NCBI GenBank assembly: GCA_004297625.1
Contig: SCTY01000056.1
Span: 71,843-135,842 of the forward strand
Origin: Betaproteobacteria bacterium
Lineage (GTDB): Bacteria > Pseudomonadota > Gammaproteobacteria > Burkholderiales > SG8-39
Direction: 5' to 3'
DNA: 64,000 nucleotides
Shown one piece after another: positions 7,287 to 15,857 of this stretch. The notes under the pieces were generated by a model. That model did no database searches. It saw only the letters and a list, made by a program, of their open reading frames with translations, and was not told where the DNA came from. Each line of letters starts with the position of its first letter. The first letter of the stretch is position 1. Position numbers and translations under genes: made by a program.

Positions 7287-8489
7287 ATGACCACTACTGT
7301 ATATAAGAACAGTACCAGGCGCAACGTCGGTTTGCTGGCCGCCTGCCAGGCGCTGCTCTTCACGAACAACTCGACGCTCATCGCCATCAACGGGCTCGTC
7401 GGCCTGTCGCTCGCGCCCTACGCCGCCCTCGCCACGCTTCCCGTGACGTGCTGGGTTCTCGGCGGAGCGGCCGCCACCATGCCCGCGTCGTTTCACATGA
7501 AGCGCGTCGGCCGGCAGCGGGGGCTGACCACCGGAACGTTCTTCGGCATCGTCGGGGCGCTGATCTGCGCGGCTGCGATCTGGCTGCAGAATTTCTGGCT
7601 GGTGTGCCTCGGCACGTTCGTCTGGGGCACCTACAACGCGTACGGCCAGTACTATCGCTTCGCGGCGGCCGATATCGCCTCGCCGGACTTCCGTGCCACC
7701 GCGATCTCGCTCGTGCTCGCGGGCGGCCTGGTCGGCGGAATCCTCGGGCCCACGGCGAGCCGCGTCACCGTGGGCCTCGTCGGTCCGAAATTCATGGGGG
7801 CGTATCTCGTGCTCATTCTCTTCGCCCTCGCCACCATGATCATCCTGCGCTTCATCCGCATCCCGACGCCCAGCGCGGCCGAGCGCTCCTCGTCCGGGCG
7901 GCCGTTGCGCGAAATCGCCGCGCAGCCGCGCTTCATCGTGGCGGTGCTTTCGGCTGCGATCGGCTATGGGGTGATGAACTTCCTCATGACTTCGACGCCG
8001 ATCGCGATGCAGGTCTGCGGCCATCCCTACGGCGCCGCCGCCTTCGTCATCTCCTCGCACGTGGTGGCGATGTTCGCGCCCTCGTTCGTGACCGGACGCC
8101 TGATCCGCGCCATCGGCGTGCTGCCGCTCATGTTCGTCGGCGCGGCTCTCAACCTCGTCTGCATCGGCATTGCGCTCGCCGGCGTGGCGGTGGCGAATTT
8201 CTGGTGGTCGCTGGTGCTGCTCGGCGTCGGCTGGAACTTCCTCTACATCGGCGCCACGACGCTGCTCACCGAAACCTACCGGCCGGAAGAGCGCGCCAAG
8301 GCGCAGGGGCTGAACGACCAGTCGATCTTCATTGTCATGGCGATCTCCTCGTTCACCTCGGGCATGACGGTCACGGCCGCGGGCTGGGCGCGCGTCAATC
8401 TGCTCGCGCTGCCGCTCGTCGCGGCGATCGCGGCGACCATCGTCTGGTACGGCTGGCGCAGCCGCGCGCGCAAGGCGGCCGCCGCGTGA
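7287..8489 (+). CDS. MFS transporter
   Basis: 400 aa with about 12 hydrophobic segments and MFS-type loops. Confidence 0.9.
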   Translation: MTTTVYKNSTRRNVGLLAACQALLFTNNSTLIAINGLVGLSLAPYAALATLPVTCWVLGGAAATMPASFHMKRVGRQRGLTTGTFFGIVGALICAAAIWLQNFWLVCLGTFVWGTYNAYGQYYRFAAADIASPDFRATAISLVLAGGLVGGILGPTASRVTVGLVGPKFMGAYLVLILFALATMIILRFIRIPTPSAAERSSSGRPLREIAAQPRFIVAVLSAAIGYGVMNFLMTSTPIAMQVCGHPYGAAAFVISSHVVAMFAPSFVTGRLIRAIGVLPLMFVGAALNLVCIGIALAGVAVANFWWSLVLLGVGWNFLYIGATTLLTETYRPEERAKAQGLNDQSIFIVMAISSFTSGMTVTAAGWARVNLLALPLVAAIAATIVWYGWRSRARKAAAA

Positions 8490-9574
8490 TCCAGAAGCCG
8501 CCGGCATCGGTCGGCCAGCGCCTCGACGAGGTGGACACGCCGGCGCTCGTGCTCGATCTCGACGCCTTCGAACGCAATCTTGCCGCGCTTCAGCGTTCCG
8601 CCGGCGGCCGGGTGCGCGTGCGCGCGCACGCCAAGACGCACAAGTGCCCGGAGATCGCCAGGCGCCAGATCGCCTTCGGCGCGATCGGCGTGTGCTGCCA
8701 GAAAGTGTCCGAAGCCGAGGCCATGGTGGAGGGCGGAATCCAGGACGTGCTCGTCAGCAACGAGATCGTCGGCGCGCAGAAGATCGCGCGCCTCGCGGCG
8801 CTCGCCGAGCGCGCGCGCATCGGCGTGTGCGTCGACAACGCCGAGAACCTCAAAGACCTGAGGGATTCAAAGGCGAAGCTCGACGTCTATATCGAGCTCG
8901 AGGTCGGCATGCGCCGCTGCGGCGTGCCGCCGGGCGAGGCGGTCGTAGCGCTCGCGCGCGAGGTGTCGGGAAACCTGCGCTTCGCGGGCTTGCAGGCCTA
9001 CCACGGCCGCGCTCAGCACGTGCGCTCGCTCGCCGAACGGAAAGCCGCAATTGAAAGGGCCGCTTCCGCAGTTCGCGAGACGAAAGAGCTTCTAAAAAGA
9101 AACGCCATCGACTGCCCGATCGTCACCGGCGCGGGTAGCGGTACCTACATGTTCGAAGTCGAATCGGGCGCCTGGGACGAGATCCAGCCCGGCTCGTACG
9201 TCTTCATGGATGCCGACTACGCGCGCAACGAATGGGCGGCGCCGCTGCCGCGCTTCGAGCACGCGCTGTTCGTGCTGTCCACGGTCATGAGCCGGCCCGC
9301 GGCGGGCGTCGCGATCGTGGACGCGGGACTGAAGGCCTCGAGCGTCGATTCCGGCATGCCCTCGGTGTGGCAAAGGCCCGGGCTCGCCTATACGCGCACT
9401 TCGGACGAGCACGGCTGCATCGAAGGAGCGCCGCCGCCGGCGCTCGGCGAGAAAATTCTCCTCGTGCCGGGGCACTGCGATCCGACGGTGAATCTCTACG
9501 ACTGGTACGTCTGCGTGCGCAACGGCAAAGTCGAGGCGCTGTGGCCGATTACGGCGAGGGGGGCGGTGTATTAG
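8486..9574 (+). CDS. DSD1-family PLP enzyme (D-serine dehydratase-like / D-threonine aldolase-like, alanine racemase N-terminal fold)
   Basis: The GTG at 8486 overlaps the MFS stop (GTGA). 362 aa with DTPALVLDLDAFERN and the PLP-lysine context RAHAKTHKCPEI. The upstream part of the 708-aa track ORF is an out-of-frame shadow of the MFS gene. Confidence 0.85.
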   Translation: MIQKPPASVGQRLDEVDTPALVLDLDAFERNLAALQRSAGGRVRVRAHAKTHKCPEIARRQIAFGAIGVCCQKVSEAEAMVEGGIQDVLVSNEIVGAQKIARLAALAERARIGVCVDNAENLKDLRDSKAKLDVYIELEVGMRRCGVPPGEAVVALAREVSGNLRFAGLQAYHGRAQHVRSLAERKAAIERAASAVRETKELLKRNAIDCPIVTGAGSGTYMFEVESGAWDEIQPGSYVFMDADYARNEWAAPLPRFEHALFVLSTVMSRPAAGVAIVDAGLKASSVDSGMPSVWQRPGLAYTRTSDEHGCIEGAPPPALGEKILLVPGHCDPTVNLYDWYVCVRNGKVEALWPITARGAVY

Positions 9575-9743
9575 GAGCCGCGCCGCGCGTTTCGCGCGCG
9601 AGGTCGCTGTAGATCATTTCGTTGCCGCAATGCGCGCATATAAGCACGTCCCGACGCGAAGCCGGCAAGGGGTAGGCCGGTATGAAGTCTTCGCCTTGGC
9701 AGGAGCGGCAGCGCGCGTAGGTTCCACCGAAGTTCAATCTCAT
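9549..9743 (-). CDS. putative small 4-Cys zinc-ribbon protein (64 aa)
   Basis: MRLNFGGTYARCRSCQGEDF...LICAHCGNEMIY carries two CxxC pairs. It lies in a locally low-GC pocket. No Shine-Dalgarno sequence is present and several codons are rare for this genome (AGA, TTG, ATA), so coding status is uncertain. Confidence 0.4.
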   Translation of the reverse strand: MRLNFGGTYARCRSCQGEDFIPAYPLPASRRDVLICAHCGNEMIYSDLARETRGAAPNTPPPSP

Positions 9744-9798
9744 GGGGCTGCAGAGTAGTCGGCGCGCGAGCGCGGCGTCGATGAAAAAATTCTCACCG

Positions 9799-9804
9799 TA
9801 TAAT
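9799..9804 (+). promoter_or_regulatory. -10 consensus hexamer TATAAT upstream of the MFS gene at 9873
   Basis: A perfect TATAAT in an AT-rich pocket, 68 nt upstream of the first canonical start codon. Confidence 0.35.
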
Positions 9805-9872
9805 CGTCCGGCCGGCGGGGGATCGAAATAACGAACGTAATAATTGGTGAGGCGCGCGCGGGCTACGGCTGG

Positions 9873-11021
9873 GTGGTGGTCGCCGCCGCGTTCACGCTGA
9901 TGTTCGTCGGCTTCGGCGCGGCATATTCCTTCGCCGCGTTCTTCACCGCGTTTGAATCGGAGTTCGGCGCCTCGCGCGGGCATATCGCGCTCGTGTTCTC
10001 GGTCGCCGCTTTCACGTGGTTCCTGCTCGGCGCGCCCGGCGGCGTGGCGGCCGACCGCTTCGGGCCGCGGCGCGTGGCGCTCGTCGGCGTCGCCTGCCTC
10101 GCCGGGGGGCTCGCGCTCGCCAGCCTCGCCGATTCGGTTGCGGTGCTCTACGCCACCTACAGCATCGGCATGGGCCTCGGCGTGGGCCTCGTCTACGTGC
10201 CTTCGGTGGGCGCGGTGCAGCCGTGGTTCGGCGCCAACCGCGCCTTTGCCTCCGGGCTCGCGGTCGCCGGCATCGGCGCCGGCAATATCGCCGGGCCGCT
10301 GCTCGCCGCATGGTGGATCGAGCTGCTCGGCTGGCGCGGCGCTTATCTCGCGTTTTCGATTTTCGTGCTGATGCTCGGCGGCGCCGCGGCGCTGGCGATC
10401 AAGCAAAAGCCGGTGGAGCGAAAAGCGCAAATGGACGGGACGGCGTTGCGCTCCGCATTACGCAGCGGCGCTTTCTGGCTGCTCTATGCGTCACTGGTCC
10501 TTACCTGCATCGGCTTGTTCGTGCCGATGGTGCACCTGGGACCGTACGCGCAGGACATGGGCCTCACCGCCGCGCAGGGCGTGACGCTGGTAAGCCTCAT
10601 CGGGGTGGGAAGCCTGCTCGGCCGCTTCACCGTCGGCGGCTTCGCCGACCGGCTCGGCCGGCAGCGCTCGCTCGCGGCGATGTACTTCGGCCTCGGCGCC
10701 ATGCTGCTCGTGTGGCTCGCCGCGCAAAGCTACTGGCTGCTCGCGCTGTTCGCGATCGTGTTCGGCATGTGCTATGGAGCGTACGTCGCGCTGCTTCCGA
10801 CGATCGTCATCGATCTCTACGGGGCGCGCGCAGTCTCGGGCATTATCGGGTTTCTCTATACCGGCGCAGGCGTCGGCACGCTGCTCGGGCCCTGGCTCGC
10901 CGGCGCGGCCTACGACGCGCTCGGCGCCTACGACGTTCCGATCATAGCCGGCGCGGGGTTCTCGTTTGCGGCATCGGCGTGCATCCTCTTTCTCCATGAA
11001 AAAACCCGCCATCGCCGTTAG
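9873..11021 (+). CDS. MFS transporter (oxalate/formate antiporter-like)
   Basis: 382 aa with 12 predicted TM segments. The in-frame upstream codons encode ..ARAGYGW, which looks like part of the family N-terminus, but there is no canonical start upstream of GTG 9873. The exact start is therefore uncertain. Confidence 0.85.
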   Translation: MVVAAAFTLMFVGFGAAYSFAAFFTAFESEFGASRGHIALVFSVAAFTWFLLGAPGGVAADRFGPRRVALVGVACLAGGLALASLADSVAVLYATYSIGMGLGVGLVYVPSVGAVQPWFGANRAFASGLAVAGIGAGNIAGPLLAAWWIELLGWRGAYLAFSIFVLMLGGAAALAIKQKPVERKAQMDGTALRSALRSGAFWLLYASLVLTCIGLFVPMVHLGPYAQDMGLTAAQGVTLVSLIGVGSLLGRFTVGGFADRLGRQRSLAAMYFGLGAMLLVWLAAQSYWLLALFAIVFGMCYGAYVALLPTIVIDLYGARAVSGIIGFLYTGAGVGTLLGPWLAGAAYDALGAYDVPIIAGAGFSFAASACILFLHEKTRHRR

Positions 11022-11745
11022 CGACGCGCGTGGAGTGCGCTCGCTGCACATCGGCGGCGAGGCGATCCAGAGCTCGATGAAGATCGGCGAACCTTTCGCC
11101 CTCGCGCTCGACTACACGAGATGCATGATGGGCTTCCTGCTCTTCTATCCCGAGCCGCGCGAAGTGCTGATGATCGGCCTGGGCGGCGGCTCCCTGGCGA
11201 AGTTTTTCTTCAGGCAATTCAGGAAAACTGCCGTGCGCGTGATCGAGGTCGACGAGCGGATCGTCACCACGGCGCGCACCCATTTCGCGCTCCCGCCGGA
11301 CGACGGGCGGCTGCGCGTCGAGGTGGCCGACGGCGCCGAAGCGCTCTCGCCGGAGTGCTGCGACGTGCTCGTCGTCGACGCGTATCACGACGAAGCGCAC
11401 GTGCCGAAGCTCGCGAGCGCCGAGTTCTACGCCGCCGCTTATCTCGCGCTGCAGGACAAAGGCGCGATGGTGGTGAATTTCATGGACGACGATCCGCTCT
11501 TCGACCAGTACCTGCAGCGCCTGGAGGCGGCCTTCGGCGGGGCGGTGCTCGTCCTGCGCGCGCTATATGACCCGAACATCATCGCGTTCGCCTTCAAGGG
11601 CCTGCCGGCGCGCGTCTCGTGGGACGAGCTGCGCCGGCGCGCCGCCCGGCTCGAGTCGCGCCTCGATCTGCCGTTCAGCAAATACGTCAGGCGCCTGCGG
11701 CCGATGAATCGCTCGAACGGCGGAGAGCTTCTCCTCGGGCCATGA
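10996..11745 (+). CDS. spermidine synthase-like SAM-dependent methyltransferase-fold protein
   Basis: The start was chosen at ATG 10996 (MKKPAIAVSD...). Motifs include LMIGLGGGSL, VIEVDERIV and DVLVVDAY. It overlaps the end of the MFS gene. Confidence 0.8.
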   Translation: MKKPAIAVSDARGVRSLHIGGEAIQSSMKIGEPFALALDYTRCMMGFLLFYPEPREVLMIGLGGGSLAKFFFRQFRKTAVRVIEVDERIVTTARTHFALPPDDGRLRVEVADGAEALSPECCDVLVVDAYHDEAHVPKLASAEFYAAAYLALQDKGAMVVNFMDDDPLFDQYLQRLEAAFGGAVLVLRALYDPNIIAFAFKGLPARVSWDELRRRAARLESRLDLPFSKYVRRLRPMNRSNGGELLLGP

Positions 11746-12482
11746 TGATCGACCCGGGCGTAGTGGTGGCGCTTGCGGCGCTCGCATTCCTCGGCGCCCT
11801 GATATTCGGCATCACCGGATTCGGCTCGGCGCTGGTGACGATCCCGCTCGCCACGCATCTCGTGCCGCTGCAGTTCGCCCTGCCGCTTTTCGCGCTGAGC
11901 GACGTGGTGGGGTCGTACCGCGTCGGCCTGGAGAATCCGAAGAACGCCGTGCGCAGCGAATGGATCCGCCTCGTGCCGACGATTCTCGCCGGCACCGCGC
12001 TCGGCGCGACGCTGCTCGTCAACCTGCCGCGCGCCGCGGCAATGCTGCTTCTCGGCGCCTTTGTGCTGAGCTACGCGACCTACAGCCTTTTTCGGCATCC
12101 GTCGGGGCGCATCATTTCATCCCGCTGGGCATGGGTTGCCGGGCTTGCCGGCGGAATCACCAGCACGCTTTTCGGCGCGGGCGGTCCGCCGTACGCGATC
12201 TACCTGTCGCAGCGCGGCCTGTCGAAGGAGCAGTTCCGCGCCACGCTCGCCTTCGCCACCATGACGAGCATCACGCTGCGCGTGGCTGCGTTCCTGATCA
12301 CGGGCCTGCTCCTCGACGTGCGCGTATGGATCGCCGGTGCGGCCGTGGTGCCGGCCGCCTTCATCGGCATCGCGGTAGCGCGCCGGGTGTTTATGAAAAT
12401 CTCCAGGGAAACGTTGCTGCGCGCGGTGACCCTGATGCTGCTCGCCTCAGGCGGCTCGCTTGTCTACCGCGCGCTCGGCTGA
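11742..12482 (+). CDS. TauE/SafE family sulfite exporter-like membrane protein
   Basis: The ATG at 11742 overlaps the upstream stop (ATGA). 246 aa, multi-TM, with GITGFGSALV and FGAGGPP motifs. Confidence 0.85.
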   Translation: MMIDPGVVVALAALAFLGALIFGITGFGSALVTIPLATHLVPLQFALPLFALSDVVGSYRVGLENPKNAVRSEWIRLVPTILAGTALGATLLVNLPRAAAMLLLGAFVLSYATYSLFRHPSGRIISSRWAWVAGLAGGITSTLFGAGGPPYAIYLSQRGLSKEQFRATLAFATMTSITLRVAAFLITGLLLDVRVWIAGAAVVPAAFIGIAVARRVFMKISRETLLRAVTLMLLASGGSLVYRALG

Positions 12483-13881
12483 CGCGAGGTCGCGGTTCGC
12501 CGGCCCGTTCATCACCTTGCCGTACGGGTCGAAGCGCGAGCCGTGGCAGGGGCAGTCCCAGGTGCTCTCCGAGCGGTTCCAGTGCACGATGCAGCCCAGA
12601 TGCGGGCAGGCGGCGGAGCACTGGTGCAGCACGCCGCTCTCGTCGCGGTACGCGGCGATTTTCTGCAGCCCGCGGCGCATGAGCGCGCCGCTGCCTTTCG
12701 CGATCTCGCCGGCCGACTTCACTTCCCCGCCGGTCAGCCAGTCGGCGTACTGGCGGGCGACGTTGAGATTTTCGGAGGTGTAGTCGCGCGCCGCGCCGAC
12801 CGTCTTGCGCGACGGATCGTAGAGCGCGGCCCAAGGGTTGCTGCGGTGGAGGATGAGGTCGCAAATAAGCATTCCGCCGATCGTGCCGTGCGTGAGGCCC
12901 ATTCCCGAATCGCCGGTATGGATGTACACGTTGTCCGCGCCGCCCGGGTTGCGGCCGCTGAACGACAGGTAATCCACCGTTTCCATGATCAGGCCGCCCC
13001 AGCGGAAGGCGATCTCGCGCACCATGGGAAAGCGCGCGCGCGTCCAGGCTTCGAGCCGGGCGTGCCGCTCGCCGGTATCGTCCGCCTGGCCGCTCTTGTG
13101 GTCCTCGCCGCCGACGATGAGGACATCCTCTTCGGCGCCCGGCGCCACCCGAATGTAGTGGTACGGGTCGCCCGTATCCCAGGAAAGAACGCTCGGCACC
13201 GAGCCGCGCGGCACGCGGGCGCCGATGACGTACGTCATGTATGGCGCCTGCTTGGTGTGAATCGCCACCCGATCGTTGACCGGCGCGTTGGTCGCGACCA
13301 CCACGGCATCGGCCGTGACGACTCAGCGGATGGAACTGTCCCTGCTGCGGGAAGCGCAGGCACGGGCCGCTATCGAAGGAGCTGAACGGCGCGCGCGGCA
13401 GCTTCGCCACGCCCTGCAGTCCTGCGCGCTGCGCGGCCTCGATCTCCTTATCGAGCGTCTCGAGCTTGTCGCCCTCGGCAAGGAACAGGTAGCCATCCAC
13501 CCGCGCGAAGTCGCAGTCGATGTCTTCCTCGCGCGCGATCTCCTCGATGCGCTCGATCGCCGCGGTATGGCTTTCCGCCGCCAGCCGGGCGCCTTTCGCG
13601 CCGTGCAGCCGCTCCAGCTCGAAGTAGCGGTCGTCCAGCATGTTGCTGAGATGCGCCGAGGCCATCTGCGTCATCCCGCCGCCAAGCGGCCCGTCGTCGA
13701 GCAGCGCTACGCTGCGGCCCGCCTTCGCCAGCAGGTAGGCCGTCGAAAGTCCGGCGATGCCGCCGCCCACGACGCACACCTGCACATGGACGTTTTCGGC
13801 GAGCGCCGGGCACGCTGGCATTTCGGCGGTCGCTTGCCATACGGATTCATGGAGGCTCATGCCCTGCCTAATGCAATGCAC
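12447..13881 (-). pseudogene. FAD-dependent oxidoreductase with a C-terminal Rieske [2Fe-2S] domain, disrupted by an internal deletion plus frameshift
   Basis: The N-terminal frame carries VCVVGGGIAGLSTAYLLA and family similarity ends at ..QGQFHPL. The C-terminal frame resumes at VVTADAVVVATNAPVNDR and ends with the Rieske motif CPHLGC..x..CPCHGS. The frames meet at 13320-13326, where the C-terminal frame has a TGA at 13323-13325. About 40 residues that normally lie between FHPL and VTADAVVVATN appear to be missing. Confidence 0.75.
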
Positions 13882-13885
13882 GTGC

Positions 13886-14008
13886 CTAAAGCGTCACTTC
13901 AGCTTGCGCAGCGCTCCCAGTCCCTGCCGGATCTCGGCCGCCAAACTGACGGCTGACGGCGCGTGGCAGGTAGTTTCAGGCCACGCAGTAGGTGATGGTG
14001 ATTTTCAT
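13886..14008 (-). other. SelW/SelT/SelH (Rdx)-like mini-ORF or gene relic with an in-frame TGA at the CxxU position
   Basis: The minus strand reads ATG AAA ATC ACC ATC ACC TAC TGC GTG GCC TGA AAC TAC CTG CCA CGC GCC, giving MKITITYCVA-(TGA)-NYLPRA. The bacterial Rdx pattern as I recall it is I.I.YC..C.W.LRA. The ATG overlaps the stop of the LMW-PTP gene (ATGA). A stem-loop lies directly 3' of the TGA. Only about 50 codons of space remain before the next gene. Confidence 0.35.
13946..13959. repeat. 7-nt tandem duplication (CTGACGG x2 on the plus strand, CCGTCAG x2 on the minus strand)
   Basis: Read directly from the sequence. It lies inside the SelW-like ORF and shifts its frame by +1. Confidence 0.9.
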
Positions 14009-14502
14009 GCGGAGCGCACGATGGAGTCGCGATTCAGCAGGGCGTCGAGCCGGCCGGCCAGCCGGGAGGCGAGCGCAATGATGCGGTCGATGGTCGCGTG
14101 CACATGCGCATCCACCGCGGCAGGGTTGGTCTGATAGTCGAGCACTGCCTCCTCGATATCCGGCAGCGCGGCCGCCCCGTCGCCGCTTGCCTCGAGAAAC
14201 AGCGGCACCGCGAGGCCATAGCGCTCGAGGATGTGCGCGTGATGATCGGTGCTCATGGCGATCACCAGGTGCGACTCTTCGAGAATCTCGCGCGTGAGCG
14301 TGCGCCTTTGATGGCCGCCGACGTCGAAGCCCTTGGCGCGCAGGTAATCGCGCACATTGGGGCGCACGACGTACGGGTAGTCCGCCGTACCGGCCGAGGA
14401 AACGTGGACGCCGCTGCGGCCGTTCAGCGCGCGGCGCAGCGCGTGCTCGGCAGTCAGGCTGCGAAAGATGTTGCCGGTGCACACGAACAGGACGCGGTGC
14501 AT
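14005..14502 (-). CDS. low-molecular-weight protein-tyrosine phosphatase / ArsC-like phosphatase
   Basis: 165 aa with the P-loop VLFVCTGNIFRS (CX5R-S). The ATG overlaps the gor stop by 1 nt (TGATG). Confidence 0.85.
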   Translation of the reverse strand: MHRVLFVCTGNIFRSLTAEHALRRALNGRSGVHVSSAGTADYPYVVRPNVRDYLRAKGFDVGGHQRRTLTREILEESHLVIAMSTDHHAHILERYGLAVPLFLEASGDGAAALPDIEEAVLDYQTNPAAVDAHVHATIDRIIALASRLAGRLDALLNRDSIVRSA

Positions 14503-15857
14503 CAGACGGAAATCTTCTCGCGCAGCGTGACGAACTCCTCGGCCGCGGTCGGATGGATGCCGATCGTGGCATCGAACTGCGCCTTCGTGGCGCCCAGCTT
14601 CACCGCGATGGCCATGCCCTGGATGATCTCGCCCGCGTCCGGGCCGATCATGTGCGCGCCGACGACTTTCTGGCTCGCGCGCTCGACCACGAGCTTCATG
14701 AAGGTGCGCTCGGTCTTCGGGGTGAGCGTGAGCTTGAGCGCGCGGAACGTGGTCTTGTACACATCGATCGCGCCGAAGCGCTCGCGCGCCTGGTCCTCCG
14801 CCAGGCCTACGGTGGCGAGATTCGGATCGCTGAACACCGCGGTCGGCACGTTTTCGTGGTCGACCGGCGTCGGCTCGTTGCGAAACAGCGTGCGCGCGAG
14901 CCACATCGCCTCGGCCGTCGCCACCGGCGTCAGGTTGATCCGGTTGGTGACATCCCCGATCGCGTGGATCGAGTCCACAGAGCTGTTGGAATATTTGTCG
15001 ACGAGCACCGCGCCGTCCTCGGCGAGCTTCACGCCGGCCGCCTCGAGCCCGAGGTTTGCGGTGTTCGGACGCCGCCCGGTCGCGAAAAGCACCCGGTCGA
15101 CTTCCCGCCTGGACCCGTCGCCGCAAGTCACCTCGAGCGCGCCGCTCGCCTGCCTGGCAATCGCGGTCGGCTCGGCTGCGTAGCGGATCTTGACGCCCTT
15201 GCCGGTCATTTCCTCGCCGAGGCGCTCGCCGAGCTCGGCGTCGAAGCCGCGCAACAGGCGCTTGCGCCGGTAGGCGAGCGTCGTGTCGACGCCAAGGCCG
15301 TTGAAGATCGACGCGAACTCCACCGCGATGTAGCCGCCGCCGACCACTATGGCGCGCGCGGGGAGCCGCTCGAGCGAGAACACCTCGTTCGAGGTGATGG
15401 CATGCTCGCGCCCCGGGATCTGCGGCACCTGCGGCCACGAGCCCGTGGCGATCAGGATGTGCTTCGCGGAATACGTTTTGCCGCCGATCGTCACCGCGTG
15501 CGGCCCGGCGACGGTTGCGCGCCCGCGCAGGATCTCGACCCCGGCAAGCGACAGCACGCGCTCGTAGACGGCGTTGAGGCGCGCGATCTCGCGGTCCTTG
15601 TTCGCGAGCAGCGTCGGCCAGTCGAAGCGCGGCTCGCCCACGGCCCAGCCGAATCCGGCCGCGATCTCGAACTCCTCGCGGAAATGCGCCGCATAGGAGA
15701 ACAGCTTCTTCGGGATGCAGCCCACGTTCACGCAAGTGCCGCCGAAGCGATTCGACTCGGCGATCGCCACCTTCGCGCCGTAGGTTGCGGAGACGCGGCT
15801 TGCGCGCACTCCGCCCGAGCCGCCGCCGATGGTGAAAAGGTCGAAATCGAAGCTCAT
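14502..15857 (-). CDS. gor: glutathione-disulfide reductase
   Basis: 451 aa with FDLFTIGGGSGG and the redox-active disulfide GGTCVNVGCIPKK. It also has the C-terminal dimerisation/His-Glu region IGIHPTAAEEF. Confidence 0.93.
   Translation of the reverse strand: MSFDFDLFTIGGGSGGVRASRVSATYGAKVAIAESNRFGGTCVNVGCIPKKLFSYAAHFREEFEIAAGFGWAVGEPRFDWPTLLANKDREIARLNAVYERVLSLAGVEILRGRATVAGPHAVTIGGKTYSAKHILIATGSWPQVPQIPGREHAITSNEVFSLERLPARAIVVGGGYIAVEFASIFNGLGVDTTLAYRRKRLLRGFDAELGERLGEEMTGKGVKIRYAAEPTAIARQASGALEVTCGDGSRREVDRVLFATGRRPNTANLGLEAAGVKLAEDGAVLVDKYSNSSVDSIHAIGDVTNRINLTPVATAEAMWLARTLFRNEPTPVDHENVPTAVFSDPNLATVGLAEDQARERFGAIDVYKTTFRALKLTLTPKTERTFMKLVVERASQKVVGAHMIGPDAGEIIQGMAIAVKLGATKAQFDATIGIHPTAAEEFVTLREKISV

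Noticed and set aside
7260-8507. N-terminal 416 codons of the 1117-aa ORF 5154..8507, which would make a giant protein
   Set aside because: The translation is Arg/Asp/Gly/Ala-rich nonsense that runs antisense to the well-supported MFS gene 7287-8489. Family similarity to radical SAM proteins begins only at the ATG at 7259 (MSRDRHRETLHLRGARSF...).
12391-13320. C-terminal ~310 residues of ORF 12391..13881 (RHGRCRGGRDQRAGQRSGG...)
   Set aside because: This is an out-of-frame read-through after the deletion junction. The real C-terminal homology (Rieske domain) is in the frame of ORF 12447..13304.
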